NCBI RefSeq assembly: GCF_009834535.1
Contig: NC_045696.1
Span: 97,776,001 to 97,840,000 of the forward strand
Length of the DNA: 64,000 nucleotides
Direction: 5' to 3'
Origin: Camelus ferus
Lineage: Eukaryota
Shown here: one piece after another, positions 1 to 13,820 of the stretch
Layout: each line of letters opens with the position of its first letter
How positions within the stretch are numbered: position 1 is the stretch's first letter
Translations under genes and position numbers: made by a program
Notes under the pieces: model-generated
The model's database searches: none
Told to the model about the DNA's origin: nothing
The model's input: the letters and a program-made list of their open reading frames with translations, nothing else

Positions 1-312
1 CCAGCAGGGTCCTGCTCCCTCTGAAGGGCTGCTCTGGGCCTCTAACCTGGCTTCTGGTAGCCTCAGGCACTTCCGGGCTTGTGCAAGGCCTTCTTCTCCC
101 TGTGTCTCTTCACATCGTCCTGTGCACGTCTGAGTCCAAATTTCCCTTTTTTATAAGGACACCAGTTGTATTGCATTGGGGCCTGCCCTAATGATTCCAT
201 TTTTTAACTTGATTACCTCTATAAAGTCTGTATTTCCAAATAGGGTCACATTCTGAGGTGCTAGGTATTCAGACGTCAGCATATATTTTTTGCAGGCGAC
301 ACAATTCAACCT
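1..312 (-). mobile_element. MaLR LTR (MLT1-like) fragment
   Basis: Hallmark MLT1 text: ttataaggacaccag...ttaacttgattacctct...tttccaaatagggtcacattctgaggt...acacaattcaacc. Subfamily not resolved. Confidence 0.75.
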
Positions 313-2134
313 AGAACCTAGAGGAAGAGACAGCAGCCTGTCTGAGACTTCATCAGCATCTTCTAAATCAAAACAGCTGTCCTGTGAGATGTCCTTGGAA
401 AAGTCTGAGAAACAGCACACACAGGTTTTCTTGAAGATTCATCACACACATTAACAGTTTCCAAGTCTTGTAAAAACTTGTTTAACTCAAAACTTCCCAG
501 ATTGCGGACCTTGGAGCTGTAGCTTTGGAAAGAAAGTGAACAGCAGATGAAAAGCACAGAGTTGGAAATATGATCAACTTGTTAAATGACAAGAGAGGGT
601 TGAGGTCAGAGGAGTCCTTCGATGACAACCAGGAGCTTAGGATGAAAAGAAAATTCTCAATATAGTTAGCTGCTGCCTGTTCAGCGGGCAGGAACGCTGG
701 TATGGTCTCTGCCCATTTCTTCTGCTCTGGGATAAGTGTGCAGGGCTACTGCCCTTGTGGACCTTGCTCCCATATAAGAACATCATGGGCCCTTTAAACA
801 ATCCAGCTCCCTAGGTTTGGGGTGAAGCCCTGATTTCCAATGTCATAATTTTGGAGAAAAAAATTTTTATTGTAGCTGCTTTGGTCTCCAAGTCGGAGAC
901 CTCTCTGAGTGGGAGAGACAACAGAATTTCAGAGATATAAATAAGCCAATTATGAGTCATTTCATCCCTCCATAATCTAGGACCAAGCCGGTTCTCCCAC
1001 CAACTCCATTTCTGAGTTTATCACAGGGTGCGCTTGTATGTGAGTGTGGGCAGTGGTATATGTAAACTACAAACCCCTGCAAAGGCTGAGAAGCAGCTTT
1101 CATCTGCATCAGCCAATATTTCCTCTCACGCATGGGTGTAGAGGTTTAGTGGGTAAAGATATGCTATGGGTGTGCCGCAGGCAAAGCTTGAGGTCGGGAA
1201 GGGACAGAAATGAAGTGACATATTAGTAAATAGTTTCTGCAAAGGCAAGCTGGGTGACTCAGTCTTCAGCGTCCATGGCTAGAGGGTCAGGGAGCCCTGT
1301 GAGTCAGGTAACCTGTGAACCACTGGGTGTTTCCTTGGCCCAGGGGAGCGTCACACTAGAGGCAATGGTGAGTCTCATCCTGTATAATGAGAGAAATATT
1401 CATGTCCACATCATCAGGGCTCCCTACGCAGGTGAGGATATCAGGGCTTGATGGTTCGTGGAGATATGCCAGATGGGAGAATGGGGCTCAGGTGTAGAGA
1501 GACAGAACGCGCAGGGATGCAGAGGCTCCCTGGACCCTCCCTGAGCACCACACTTTTCATGGCTCCACACCTCAAACCCTCCCATCAGCTCTGCTTCTGA
1601 AGGTAAAACTAAACGATTTCCATAGACCAGGCAAGTAGTTCTCTCCACTTGCTTTTTTGAAGATCCCTTCTTTTACTCTTTAGAAATCATTCCCCCTTTA
1701 ATGCCATAGGGAATTTATTACTGGTGGATCTTTTGATAAGCACATTTGAGTAACTGAAGAACCATAGAAATTTGTGTAGCTGAAGAACAATAAAAAGGAT
1801 GCTGAGTTTCACTCAGGAACCCAGGATTTGGGTTATGGCTGTTGATCTTGGGCAAGTCACTTTTTCTCTCTGAGCCTCAGTTTTCTAACCTGTAAAGTGG
1901 AGATGGTAATGTTATCTCTACCTGCCTATCATGATTGGGATGGTTAAATTTGATCATATATGCTAATTTAACCATAGCAGTGGGAAAGCAACTTTGTTGC
2001 AAACTATAAAGTTATGTGTTCCATATATTAATATTTGATCTATGAATAGAAAGATTAGAAGAGGAGTTACATTATCAATCTCATTAATTGTTGCCTCACC
2101 TTCCTCTTCCTCACCCAAGTCATGAAATACTGAC

Positions 2135-3490
2135 ATAGACTTTACACTCTTCACAAAAATTAACTTAAAGTGGATCACAGACCTAAATGTAAAGAGCAAA
2201 ACTATAAAACTCCTAGAAGATAACATAGGGGAAAATCGAGATGACCTTGGGTATGGCAATGAGTTTTTAGGTACAACACCAAAGGCATAACCTAGGAGAG
2301 AAATAATTGATGAGCTAGACTTCATTAAAATTGAAATTTTCTGCTGTGTGAAAGTCACTGTCAAGAGAATGAGAAGACAAGTCACAGACTGGGAGAAAAC
2401 ATTTGCAAAAGACACATCTGAAAAAGGACAATTATCCAAAACATATAAAGAACTCTCAAATCTCAACAGTAAGAAAACGGTCTGATTTAAAAATGGGCAA
2501 AAGACCTGACCAGCCACCTCAGTAAATAAGAGGCACAGATGACAAATAAGCACGGGAAAAGATGCCCAACATCAGATGTCATGAGGGAACTGCAAGTTAA
2601 ACCACAGGATACCACTACCAACCAATTAGAATGGCCGAAATCCAAAACACTGACAGCACCAAACAGTGGTGAGGGTGTGGAGCAACAGGAGCTCTCAGTC
2701 ATAGCGGTGGGAATGCAACTTTGGAAGACAGTATAGTAGTTTCTTAGAAAACTAAACATGCTCTTAGTATACAATCCAGCAATTACGCTCCTTCGTATAT
2801 GCCCAAATGAGTTGAAAACTTACATTTTCACAAAAACCTACACATAGATGTCTATAGTAGATTTATTTGTAACTGCCAAAACTTGGAAGCAACTAAGACA
2901 TCCTTCGGTAGGTGGTGGATATATATAAACTGTGGTACACCTAACAATGGAATATTGTTCAGTGCTCAAAAGAAATGGGGTATCGAACCATGAAAAGAAA
3001 TGGAAGAAACTTACATGCATATTATTAAGTGAAAGAAAGGAAAGGAAAGGAAAGTCTGGAAAGGCTAAATTTACTGTGTGATTCCAAATATATAACATTT
3101 TAGAGAAAGTAAAGCTATGAAGACAGTAAAAAGATTGAGGGGGGAGAGGGATGAATAGACCGAGGGCATTAGAAGATTTTTAGGGCAGTGAAACTACTCT
3201 GTATATCACTATATAGTGGTGGATACCCATCATTATACAGTTACATAAACCCATAGAATGTACAACACCAAGGGGTGAACCTGGTGTAAACAATGGACTT
3301 TGAATGATTACGTTGCATCATTGTCGGTTCCTCATTGTAACAAATGCACACTCCGGTGGGGGCTGTTGATACTGGGGGAGGCTGTGTCTGCTTGGGGGCA
3401 GAGGGGTATGGGAAATGAATCCTTTGTACTTTCTGTTTAAATTTGCTAAAATTGAACCTACAACTGCTCTGTCTGTAAAAAAAAAAAAAT
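2135..3490 (+). mobile_element. Old L1 (L1M-type) ORF2 3' end and 3' UTR, ending in an A-tail
   Basis: L1 ORF2-like text (tggatcacagacctaaatgtaa...aactcctagaaga, gactgggagaaaacatttgcaaa, tgtggagcaacaggagctctc); A-run at about 3477-3489; many stops. Confidence 0.85.
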
Positions 3491-3830
3491 TGCCTGATAG
3501 CTTTTGAAATTCCCAATGGCTAGGCTATCCGCCAGATCAGTTAAATCAGGACATATAGGGTTGCAAACTAGACATCAATAAATTTTTAATACAACCCATG
3601 TAATCCCAATACAGTCAAGGCCAAGAACCACTGCCCTAGAAAGTGACAATCTCACAGTAGTAGATCTTGGACCTGGATGCCAATAGGAATCACTAGCACT
3701 CAAAAAAATATATAGACTTCCAGGCCTCACTCCTGAAATCTGATTCAGTCAGTCTAGGATGAGGCCTGGGCACCAGTGTTTTTTAAAAGCTCTTTGGGTG
3801 ATTCCAATATGTGGCCCAGATTGAGAATTA
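3490..3830. mobile_element. MER5A-like hAT-Charlie MITE remnants (two pieces)
   Basis: gaaccactgccctag end; ccaggcctcactcctgaaatctgattcagt...ggtgattccaat...ttgagaatta. Confidence 0.55.
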
Positions 3831-4158
3831 CGGATCTGTAGCAATAAGGGAAATTCCTGGAACATGTGCTTTAAACTCTCCAGTCTTGTGCTCATGGCAG
3901 ACATTAGTAATCACTCCCAGAACTCTTTCCTAATGAGCCTTCTCCACTCAACTTATCAGGCAATCATCATTCATTCGTCAGAGTTGCCAATGGATTCCCC
4001 TTTAGCATCTCTGCTTCATAGATTTACTCCCTCTCCAAACCAGAGATGTCTTTGTTGGATTTGCCTACCCTTGCTTCTGCCTCCATCTCCACAACTTGGA
4101 AGGTCTGACGTTTTCATAGAAGAGTTCTCCAAGGCTGTGACCTGGTGACAGCTGTTCT

Positions 4159-4202
4159 AGCTTTGGAACAATGCTGTACCAGCTTTGGAACAATGCTGTA
4201 CC
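4159..4202. repeat. Perfect 22-bp tandem duplication
   Basis: agctttggaacaatgctgtacc occurs twice, head to tail. Confidence 0.95.
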
Positions 4203-5267
4203 TTCATACTGTGCCTATAGTCTTCAAATCTCAGGGACTTTCTGCAAACATTAACTCATTTGTTTGAAAATGTCTGGTGCTGTGAGGACTAATGAACTAA
4301 TGTTTATGAAACATTCTGTGTTCCCATGATAAAAGACATCAGCTATTCATGTAAAAGGCATATTTAGAGGCCACTGAATACTCTCGAGAGTTGGCTGCAT
4401 TTTTTGCTTCACAGTGACTATCATCTAAGGCCAGGAGAGAGGCCACACCACTGTTCTCTGGAGAAGGCGCAGTGATGTGGGAGGGGTAGCAGTAAGAACA
4501 GCTTAGCAGAATCCCAGCCCCAGCCTTCATCACTTTCTAGTGTTGTTACCTTAAGCAAGTTTCTTAATGTCTCTCAGCTTCTCTTCTCTCATATGTCCAG
4601 TGGGAGTGATAATGTCTGGCTTGGATAACGCACACAAGAATGCTGGCACGGACACCCAGGTCAGCTCCTCTAAGGAGCTGGGAGCCGCCTTGGGCTGATT
4701 TTAAAGGGCAACATATGCAGTACATTTGCACATCACCAAGAGGAAATGTACAGGACCGTGCTGAATAAGAATCCAGAAAGGAGCCTTCCTTTGACTAACG
4801 TGAGAATTAGGAGAACTTATGTCTTCTCAAATTTTCCCATATAGATCTAGAATTAAAAACAAGATCTGTGCTGAGTCCAGCTTTGCCCTAGAAGTCATGT
4901 GGACCTCCCTAGCCAAAACAAAACATTTCAACTGGCGTGTGCTAAGTAGCTACTCCACACAAAGCTAAATAATGGGGATGAAAAAGAAAACTTTCATTCC
5001 TCCAGTGCACGAGAAGAAATGCCTGCCTTAAAAAGCAGATAACGTGTTTTATCAATTCTAGGTTGCTTGTTTTTGTTACACTGTAACATACATGATATTG
5101 GAGCACATCTCACAGGTGAAGACATGTTATGGTTTGACAGCATTTCTTTCCTTTCTTAGTGGTTCATAGAATAAGCGGGGTATCTTGACATTGATGGCAA
5201 GTGAAATGTGACAAGAACAGTCCCTCAGGTTGTTAGAAGCTCACATGGGGTATCATTGGTAGAGCAC

Positions 5268-5783
5268 CTGTATTTATTATTAACTGCTGTGTAGCAGATT
5301 ACCCCTAAACCTAGCAGCTTAAAGCCATAAACATTTTTTTTCTTCATGGTTCCGGGGGCCAGGAATCCAGTAATGGTTTAGCTCAGGTTCTAGCTCAGGA
5401 TTGCTCATGAGGCAAAGTGTCATCTAGGTCTGCTGTCATCTGAAGCTTGACTTGGGGGTGGAAGATCCACTTGTGAAATCACTCATGAGACTCTCAGCAG
5501 GAAATCTCAGTCCCTTGCAGTGTGGCCCTCTTCTTTGAGCTGCTTACAACAAGGCAGCTGGCTTCTTCTGGACTCATCAAAGAGAGAGAGATTAGAGACA
5601 GAGACAGAGATGGAAAGATGGAAGCTGCAGGCTTTTATACTTAATCTTGGAAGCTTGGAAGTTACATATCATCTCTTCTGCCATATTCTATTAGTCACAC
5701 TGACCAACCCTGGTATGAGATGGGAGGGGTCAATGTAGGAGGCAGGGATCACTGAGAGCCATCCTGGAGACTGGCTGCCACAA
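5268..5783 (-). mobile_element. MaLR LTR (MLT1-like)
   Basis: ttattaactgctgtgtagcagattacccctaaacctagcagcttaaa ... catctcttctgccatattctattagtcaca ... ggagactggctgccaca. Confidence 0.7.
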
Positions 5784-6399
5784 CACCCAGCACACTGAGT
5801 GATCAACAGAAAGTAAGAAGAAATGTCAGTTTTCCCCCCTTGTTTTGCACTTTCCTTTTTACCTCCTATGAATTTTGTTGGGTCCGCCCTTAGGTTTGTA
5901 CAACCATCAAACTCATAGCTTCAGTTTATGCAGCAGTGGAGCTGGAGTGGCCAATGGAATGAAAAGAACACTTTGAGCCTGACTGTTTGGTGTGGCTGGA
6001 GGTCAGGTTCTTTCCTTCGGCTTCTGTGTGTAGAATGGAGTGTCGTAGGATTTCACTAACCTCGCTTTTGAAAGAAATGCATCTGAATTCTCGAGGTTAG
6101 TCACCCAAAAGAACTTGGCCACCCTAGTTCTCTGACCTTTGTACAGCAGTGGTTTGGCTCTGAATGGGAGCTCTAAACACAGAAAGAGCACCCAGGATTT
6201 CAGAAGTGGGCTCTTTTGGTGCCACAAGGGGACTGGCTAAGCAAATTGTCATTGGCCAGCATGTTAAAAAGAATAAGCAGGTGCATTTCAAAATTCTGGA
6301 GCCATCAAATCCTGATTTCCAAGGTATTATTGGAAATAAGAAGCCTGGTTGTTCTGAGATGAGTTTAGGGCAGCCCTGGATTATATAGCCCCACGGACT

Positions 6400-6622
6400 C
6401 TAAGTTTGCAGTCCTCAAAGTGCGTCCTGGCTCAGCATCATCAGCATCACTTGGGAACACGTTTGAAATGCAGATTCTCAGTCCTCACTCCAGATCTCGT
6501 GAACCAGCCCATAGAGGACTGGAGCCCACGAGCCCCCTGTGTTTGAACGAACCCACCGGGAGATTCTGATGCTTAAACAAGCTTAAGAACCACTGCCCTG
6601 AAAAGCTTGGGAACCACTGTCC
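6400..6622. mobile_element. MER5A-like MITE with a duplicated terminal segment
   Basis: cagtcctcaaagtg...agcatcagcatcacttgggaa...gaaatgcagattctcag...gattctgatgc...gaaccactg; the aagctt..gaaccactg end is repeated. Confidence 0.7.
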
Positions 6623-7019
6623 ACTGTAAGGATTTCTTCTTTGGTGTAAGACATATTCTTTCCCCAATACCCCACTCCTCCCTCACCCCAAAAAGGCAAA
6701 ACTAAATTACAGTGTTTGGGGATGCACTTGGGTGGTAAAACTATAAAGAAAAGTAAGGATTACTACTAAATCAGGACAACGGTTACTTTTAGGGAAGCGA
6801 GAAGGAGACATGGGCTGAGCGGGGAAGGGCACGTGGAGGGCTTCTGGGGTGCGGGTGTTGCCCATTTGAAGGGGCGGGGCTTCAGCGAGACAGACAGTGC
6901 ACACAGGATGGCCGGGAGTTTGACACACTCACAGCCCTGGCCCCAGCACGGAGTAGCTTTGCAGCTCTCTTCACAAAAGTAGAGCTGCAAATGAGAACCA
7001 GCATACATGTATTTTGACA

Positions 7020-7750
7020 AAATAGGGGGTGTTTTCCAGCATCAACCATCAGTTTTCCAATTCTCTGGACGCCAACCGGGTGTCAAACAATTAAATGCAA
7101 TTCTGTTACTAACCACCTGGCGTTAGTGTCAGATCCCACAGATTTAAGGGTTTGGTCCCCAAGACTGCCTGCACTGCAGATGCCTGTTGCTAGTCCTGAG
7201 CCACTTGTACATCTGACCAAATGGCCATGAATTGGGGGTTCTGATAATTTTCTGGAATGGCTCACAGAACTCAGGGAAACATTTCATGCTTGCCAGTTCA
7301 TTATTAAGACGTAACTCAGGAACAGCCAGATGGGACAGGTGCACAAGGCAAGGTGTGGGGGGCGGGCACCGAGTGTCCACCCCCTCCCTGGGTGGACCAC
7401 CCTCCCAGCACCTTGATGTGCTCACCAACCTGGAGCTTATCAAATTTTATTGTTCAAGAATTTTTATAAAGCTTATCCTCCAGCCTTCCTTCCACTTTCT
7501 GGAGGTCAGTGGGTAGGGCTAAATCTTCTGACCTTCTAATCTCTTGGTCCTTCTGGTGACCAGCCCCCTCCTGAGGCTATCTTGGGGCCCCACCCCGAGT
7601 CACAGCATCAGCACAAACTCCGGTGTGACCAAAGGGGTTCATTATGAATAATAAAAGACACTCCTATTACTCAGGAAATTCTAAGGGTTTGGGGAGCTCT
7701 GTGCTGGAACTCAGAGACAAAGGCCAAATATATTTCTTACTATATCACAC
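7020..7750. mobile_element. MER21-like LTR
   Basis: caattctctggacgccaacc...gttagtgtcagatcccacag...tggctcacagaactcagggaaaca...aaaagacactcctattactcaggaaattctaagggttt resembles MER21. Confidence 0.7.
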
Positions 7751-8174
7751 AGAGGAAAAAACTGAAAGGGGTAATATGTTAAATGTGACAGAAACTTGAC
7801 TCAGATACCAACGAGTTCAAGGGCCACTGGGCCTTGCCCAGTGCTGGCTACACATTCTGTTGTCCTTGTCCCTCCCATCTCCTACCTCTACATCACCTGG
7901 CATGTCGGCCTCATTTCTCTTATTGCAGGTGACCTTCCTCCAAGGGGCCAGTGTGTGGGCGGAATACACAATGTCAACGAATTCCTCACTTAAATGATTT
8001 ATCATCTCAGCTTGGTGACCCCAGGGGAAAGAGTCATCTCTCCCAGTGTCCACAAACAAAACTCCAAGGAAGAGCCATAACTGCCTTGCTTGGGTCACAG
8101 GACCAACTAGCTGTGGCCCTGGGGTTAAGACAGTTTGACTGCCCAGTGTGGAAGGAAAATAAAAACGGAGTCAC

Positions 8175-8578
8175 TGTTACTAAGAGAACTCTCTAAAACG
8201 GAGCCAAGGGGGCCACTGAGGAAGCCTGCCTTGTGCAGGGATGGCAACTGACCTTTGGACCACCCATCGTCCTACTCCAGATACTTTATCGGACCCTTAC
8301 TCTAAACGAATGCGTGACGGCCTATCTCCTCACCGAATCCTGCCCTAGAATTAGCTGTGATTCCTTCAGGACAAATACTTCCTGACTTGCGTCAGTCTGT
8401 CACAATTCTCGCTGGGCAACTTAAACCACCTTGTGGCTTTTGTCTTTCTTTCCCCATAATTTCAGCTTTCTCTTTTATTCAGGATCCTTGAAATTACTTA
8501 ATTCCTATGGGTATAAACTAGTAAGGGGCAGCTGGACAGGAGAGCGAAGAGCTAGGCCTTGGCATCTGCTCTGTGACA
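8175..8578 (+). mobile_element. Probable ERVL-class solo LTR (MER74-like)
   Basis: TG...CA bounded segment of about 400 bp with LTR-like composition; no clear TSD. Confidence 0.35.
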
Positions 8579-11500
8579 GGTATGTAAGCAAGAGAGCGAC
8601 TCTATATAATTTATTATAAAATTTAATCCTTACAGTCTCTTCAGCAAGTAGCATTGGGAAAGCTGGAGTGGCTTTTGTCTTTATAAGTCCTTGGCTTTTT
8701 CTCTTCCTCAGAACACTTTTCCAGTTTTACTCAAATCTGAGTCTTCTGAATTGAAATTCTTAAAGCTTCAGATAGGGCTCTTTGTTCTTCGTGGCTTCCA
8801 CACTGGGCGCTGGTCATGTGTTTGTTTACACAGCGGAAGGCTAGGGGTGGTTGGGACAGGCCAGGATTACACGAGGATCACATGGAATGCTAGAGGGTAG
8901 TTCCCCAAGGAAAGAAAAAAGGGACTCCAGGCGGCCGAGACAATGACTTGTTTGCTATCAGGAGTTTTGATGGGGACCCCACGTTGGGGGTACTTTGTGC
9001 CTGGGACAGAAAGGGAGATGTGGAAGGCAAAGAGCGGACTCAGGCTGCTCCAAAGACCAGCTGCAGTTTGAACTCACTGATCCCTGGAAAAAGACATGTG
9101 CGTTCAGTGCAGGGATACGGGCAACTAGAGCAGATGCTGGGGGGAGTCTGCCTTGAGCACCCACCATGACTCATCTCCATCTCCCATCCAGCCTCTAGGA
9201 CATTCCTTGGCCTTCCCAGCCTGGGAGCCTTCTCCAGCTATGGAGAGGCAGGGTTGTGTTGCAGAAAGAGCTCTGGACTAGAGGCTAGGGCCTCAGTCCC
9301 AGGTTTGCCCCTGACTTGATCAAGTTCACTCCCTTCTCAATAAACATGGCATTAGACCAGACCATATTTAAGCAGAGTGTGGTAAAAACAGGGACAGAGC
9401 TGGGAGTGGGGAGACATGGAAGGAATAAACACCTCCAAGGGATTGGTTACATTTACTATTACAAAGCTATTATATTACAGATCTATATTTTCATTGACAA
9501 ATTAAAAAATGATAGAATGGAAATATATTTTGTATTATTTTATTTTAGCCCTAGAGAAGGAGATAATCTTCTCTTGTATTTTTACACTTCTTTAGTTGAG
9601 AAAAGTACAAGATACTTTTCCTTACAGACCAGGATAGAAAATAGTTCTGTGGATTCCTGGGGGCAGTGTTCCATTAGGAGGATACGTATCATTTAAACCA
9701 CATAAGATAAGTAAAGGGTGAGTAGCCCAGATTGCCTAGGGAAAGGCGACTTAAAGGGACCCTTTACATTTGGGAAGTTGGGGGGCAGGGGGCGGGATGG
9801 TGAAGTCTGCTGCCACCTTGCCCCTTGGCCATCACTGGAGAGGAACGATGGGAGGGTGTTCCATGAACAGTGGGATCCATTCCGATTCCAGGCCAGGAGC
9901 CAGCTCTGGGTGTACAAAAACAGAGCTTGGCTGAGAGGGCAGCCACGTTGGGGCCCCTGGCAGAACTGAGGGCCGAGGGAGGGCACTGTCCTCCGTGTAG
10001 AGCCCCCTGTGGCCCCTTCAGGGACTGGCATCCTGCCGGCTCCTCACTGAGAGGAAGCAGTTTAAAGTGAATCAAATGGTCTTCAACAGTGACACCGTGT
10101 GGCCAAGAGAAGTAAAGACAGCACTGGACCCACTGCCTCTCCCCTGGGGCAGAGGATGCCTGGCCAATCTACACCCAAACTTGAATGATTTGAGAGGATG
10201 CACTTCAAAACGGAGACACGGACCGTCTCATTTCTATGCCATTTGGGGCTACAGCGATTTTTTTCAGTATTGGACCTTTGAGTTGTTGGAGCAATTCATA
10301 CTCCATTACATGCATTCTAAAATAAATATTATAAATTGACTTTACTTACATTTCTGGAAATCTATAACCACGTCAGTTTGACTTGTGAAGGTTTGCTGGA
10401 GCCCCTGAGCATCGCACTCCAGGCCACTGAGCACAAATTTTGCTTCGTCTCCCCTTTCACTGCACGGTGTGCCAACTTGTTTCCTGAAAAGAAGGAAGGG
10501 GGAAGTGTGGGAGGACCCGATTTTTGACTTTCTAATGGGACTCCTCCAGGGTCATTACATTTTCCTCTGAGGTCACTTTAGTGCAAGTGTCTACACTTTT
10601 ATATGGCACTGTTTAACATTTTAAGAATCTCCTGGGAAAATTATTCATGCTACTCACTATAGACTTCTATCTAGTTGATGAAATACTTCATTATATTTGT
10701 AGCTGAACCCCACAGGATTGATTTCTTAAAGCATTTATAGATTTATTAGAATTCGACTGTGTAAACTAGGCAAGTGGTAATGTAGCACATGGGGCTTAGA
10801 GTGTCATACAGTCAAATGATAGGGAGTGTGTGATTCCCTATGCATCCGGCATTGCTCTGGGCATGCACAGTTGACTGGCATAGAACAGAACACAGCCTCT
10901 CCTGCCAGGAGCCTGCCTGGCTAGAGAAAATCACAGGACTCTGTAAGAGCAGAGAGGAGGGAGCTCTGAGCTAGTCTCAGCTGCCACCACTGGTTTTGAG
11001 AGGCATAGACAGACACCAACAGCCAAACCTAGAACCAGCCAGTGAAATCAGTCATTCACATAGGAGGCAGTGCTGCTCTGCTAAGTGGGTTTGAATCTCA
11101 ATCCTACCCCTTAGCAGCTGTGTCATCATGGGCATGTCACTAAGCCCCAAGTGCCCTGCCTGTTAATTGGTGAGAATGCCAACCCCAAGGGAGGTGTAAA
11201 TCAGATAATACTGGCAAAGTGTAATGCTGAGCAGAACTGCTCTATAAACTGAGTTTTATTGAAATAATGATAACGAGTCAAAATTTTGTAGACCAATTAG
11301 GTCATTGATATAGTTTTGTCACATTCACATCAAGTTCATCCATTTAATACAGAGTTGTGGGTTTAGACCAGATTAAATTCACCATATTTCTCTAACTCTC
11401 TGGATCGCAACTCTCTCCTTGTACCCTCTCCCTGGCACCCAATGGCAAACAGTTTTACTCTCTACCCAGGGCAAATAGGAAAGAGGCCTGGGAGTTAGCT

Positions 11501-11759
11501 GGACACTTTCCTCTATTTCAACTTCCACATTCACTTAGTCACCAAGTCCCATGGCCACTGCATTTAAAAATATATATTTTTCAAGAGGAATGTGGCATAA
11601 CACCTGCATATGATTTTTAAAAATATAGCTTGACTAGCTTTTACTTGTTAATCCTATAGCCCTAATTTGTCCCTCCCTCCTTCCCTCTCCCCTTTGGTAA
11701 CCATTTGTTTTCTATCTATTCATATTGAAAATCAGTTATACTTCAACAAAAAATATATA

Positions 11760-13200
11760 GCGTGAATAGACACATGCAGACCAATGGAACGGACTACACT
11801 TTCCAAAATAAACCCAAGTATATATGGCAACTTAGTAAATGATTAAGATAGTCATAAGGGAAAATATTAACTTTTTCAAAAATAGTGTAGGACAACTGGG
11901 TAGTCATTTTGAAAATGATAAAATTAGATCCCTATCTCATACCAGAGACCAGAATAAATTCCAAATGGATCAGTAATGTAAATGTAAAAAAGGTAAGGCA
12001 TAAGTACTCAAAGAAAACAGAATGGTTTGGAAAGAATGTCTCAAAGCTATCAAACAAGATCCCAAAGCAGCAATAGAAAATCTTGGATAAATTTGACTAC
12101 ATAAAAATAAAGATTTTTTTTTTTGCATCATAAGCAAAATCAAAAAGGCAAATGACAAATCAGTGGAAAATATTTGCAACTTACATTGCAGACAAAGGAC
12201 TAATCTCTTTAATATATAAAGAGTGCCTAAAAATCAAAAGGAATAAAATCCAAAACCTGATAGAAAAATCGACTAAAATATAAACCAACAATTCACAGAA
12301 AGAGTTACATAGATGCCTCTTTTTTTTTTTTTTGAAAGATAACTGGTTTACAATATTGTGTTAGTTTCAGGTGTACCACAGATGACTCTTAAGTATGTAA
12401 AAAGATGTTGAAATTTACTCATCACAAGATAAATGCAAATTGAAACTATACAGAGATATAATTTCTCACCTACAAGATTGACAATAATTTAAAAGCTTGG
12501 CAACACACTCTGTTGGCAAGGCTGTGGAGAAACAAGCAGAGTCAGACAGTGCCAGTAATATTGCAAAATGATACAACCCCTGGTGAAGGGAATTGGGCAA
12601 TATCTAACACCAGTAATTACGTATGCACCCAAGAAAAGCACTTCTAGGAAACTACCGTGAAGGTACCTCCGCAAACATGAAAGCATACTTGGGCGATCTT
12701 CTTCGTTACAGTATTATTTATAATAACAGTAAGATGCTGGGAAAAATCCAAGCAGCCACTAATAAATCAAACCGTGGTACAGCTACATGACGGAGTTTCA
12801 TGTAGTCATAACGAAAAAAAACTGAAAGACTTCTACAAACTGATATGGAGTGATGTCCAGGATATATTATTAAGTGAAAAAAATATTGAGGTGCATATAG
12901 TATACTGCCATGTAAAAAAAAAAAGGAACATAAGAATATGTATTTGCCTGTTTTTGCAAAAAAAAAAAAAAATGGAACACAGGAAGAATAAAGCAGAGAC
13001 TAATGAAAACGTCTGCTTATGGAGCTGGTGGGAAGAGAGCAGGGGAAAGGACGAGACTGTCACTCCTGAGTACAGCTTTTTATATTGCTCTGACTTTGGA
13101 ACCAAATAGAAGTGATCCATTAAAAATGTAATAAAAAGTTTTAAAAAGCAAACCCTAAAATCGACTATAAACAGAAGCAAATGAATCTCTGTACCAAAGT
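11760..13200 (+). mobile_element. Old L1M ORF2/3' UTR remnant containing a tiny antisense L1 tail insertion (12322-12376)
   Basis: gaatagacac..gaccaatggaac..., aaattagatccctatctcatacca, aaaatatttgcaac. The inner insertion (polyT + L1 end) is flanked by catagatgcctctt / cacagatgactctt. Confidence 0.8.
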
Positions 13201-13734
13201 ATTATCAAGATTTTTTTGCAGCCTCTTTAGTCATTAGAATATGTTACTTTAAGGATGTAAAGAACTGTGTTCAAAGTTACTTGAATTACTCCGTTCTGTA
13301 CTAAACACAGTACCCCAATTACAATCCTTGGTGTCCTTTTATTCCACAGGAAAAAAGGACTGCAAAAAATCTGAACTCTACCTCATAGATTTATGATTGG
13401 TGGTAATATTAGAATTGTCAATTTGAAAGCTATTTTATGTATATTGTAGAATAAAGCAGAAAAGTAAATATGGTAATGCTGTTAAGAACTAAGATTTTCA
13501 GGGTAGTCATGTAGAAGGTCTTAGAAGATGCTCATGGAAGTTTTTCCAGTAAGTTTTATGACATCTGCAACTTTCTTTTAAATGATTGAGAGAAAAAAAC
13601 TTATGAGAAATAAAGCAAAGGGAGCAAAATATGAGCAACTGATGAATCTAGTTGAAGGATAAACACTGATCATTGTACAATTCTAATTTTTTCCATTTTT
13701 TTAAGTTCAAAAATTTCCAAGATAAAAAATTTTA

Positions 13735-13820
13735 GGGAGGATATAGCTCAAATGGTAGAGGGCTTGCTTAGAATGCATGAGGTCCTGGGTTCAATCCCCA
13801 GTACCTCCATTTAAAAAAAT
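13735..13820 (+). mobile_element. tRNA-derived camelid SINE (Vic-1-like)
   Basis: gggaggatatagctcaaatggtagag...gaggtcctgggttcaatccccagtacctcc followed by an A-rich tail; A and B boxes present. Confidence 0.8.

Noticed and set aside
1963..2553. 196-aa minus-strand ORF
   Set aside because: Antisense reading of a decayed L1 ORF2; no gene structure.
13735..13810. tRNA-Ala-like sequences here and at 57829 and elsewhere, as possible tRNA genes
   Set aside because: Diverged stems, A-rich tails and TSDs show they are SINEs.
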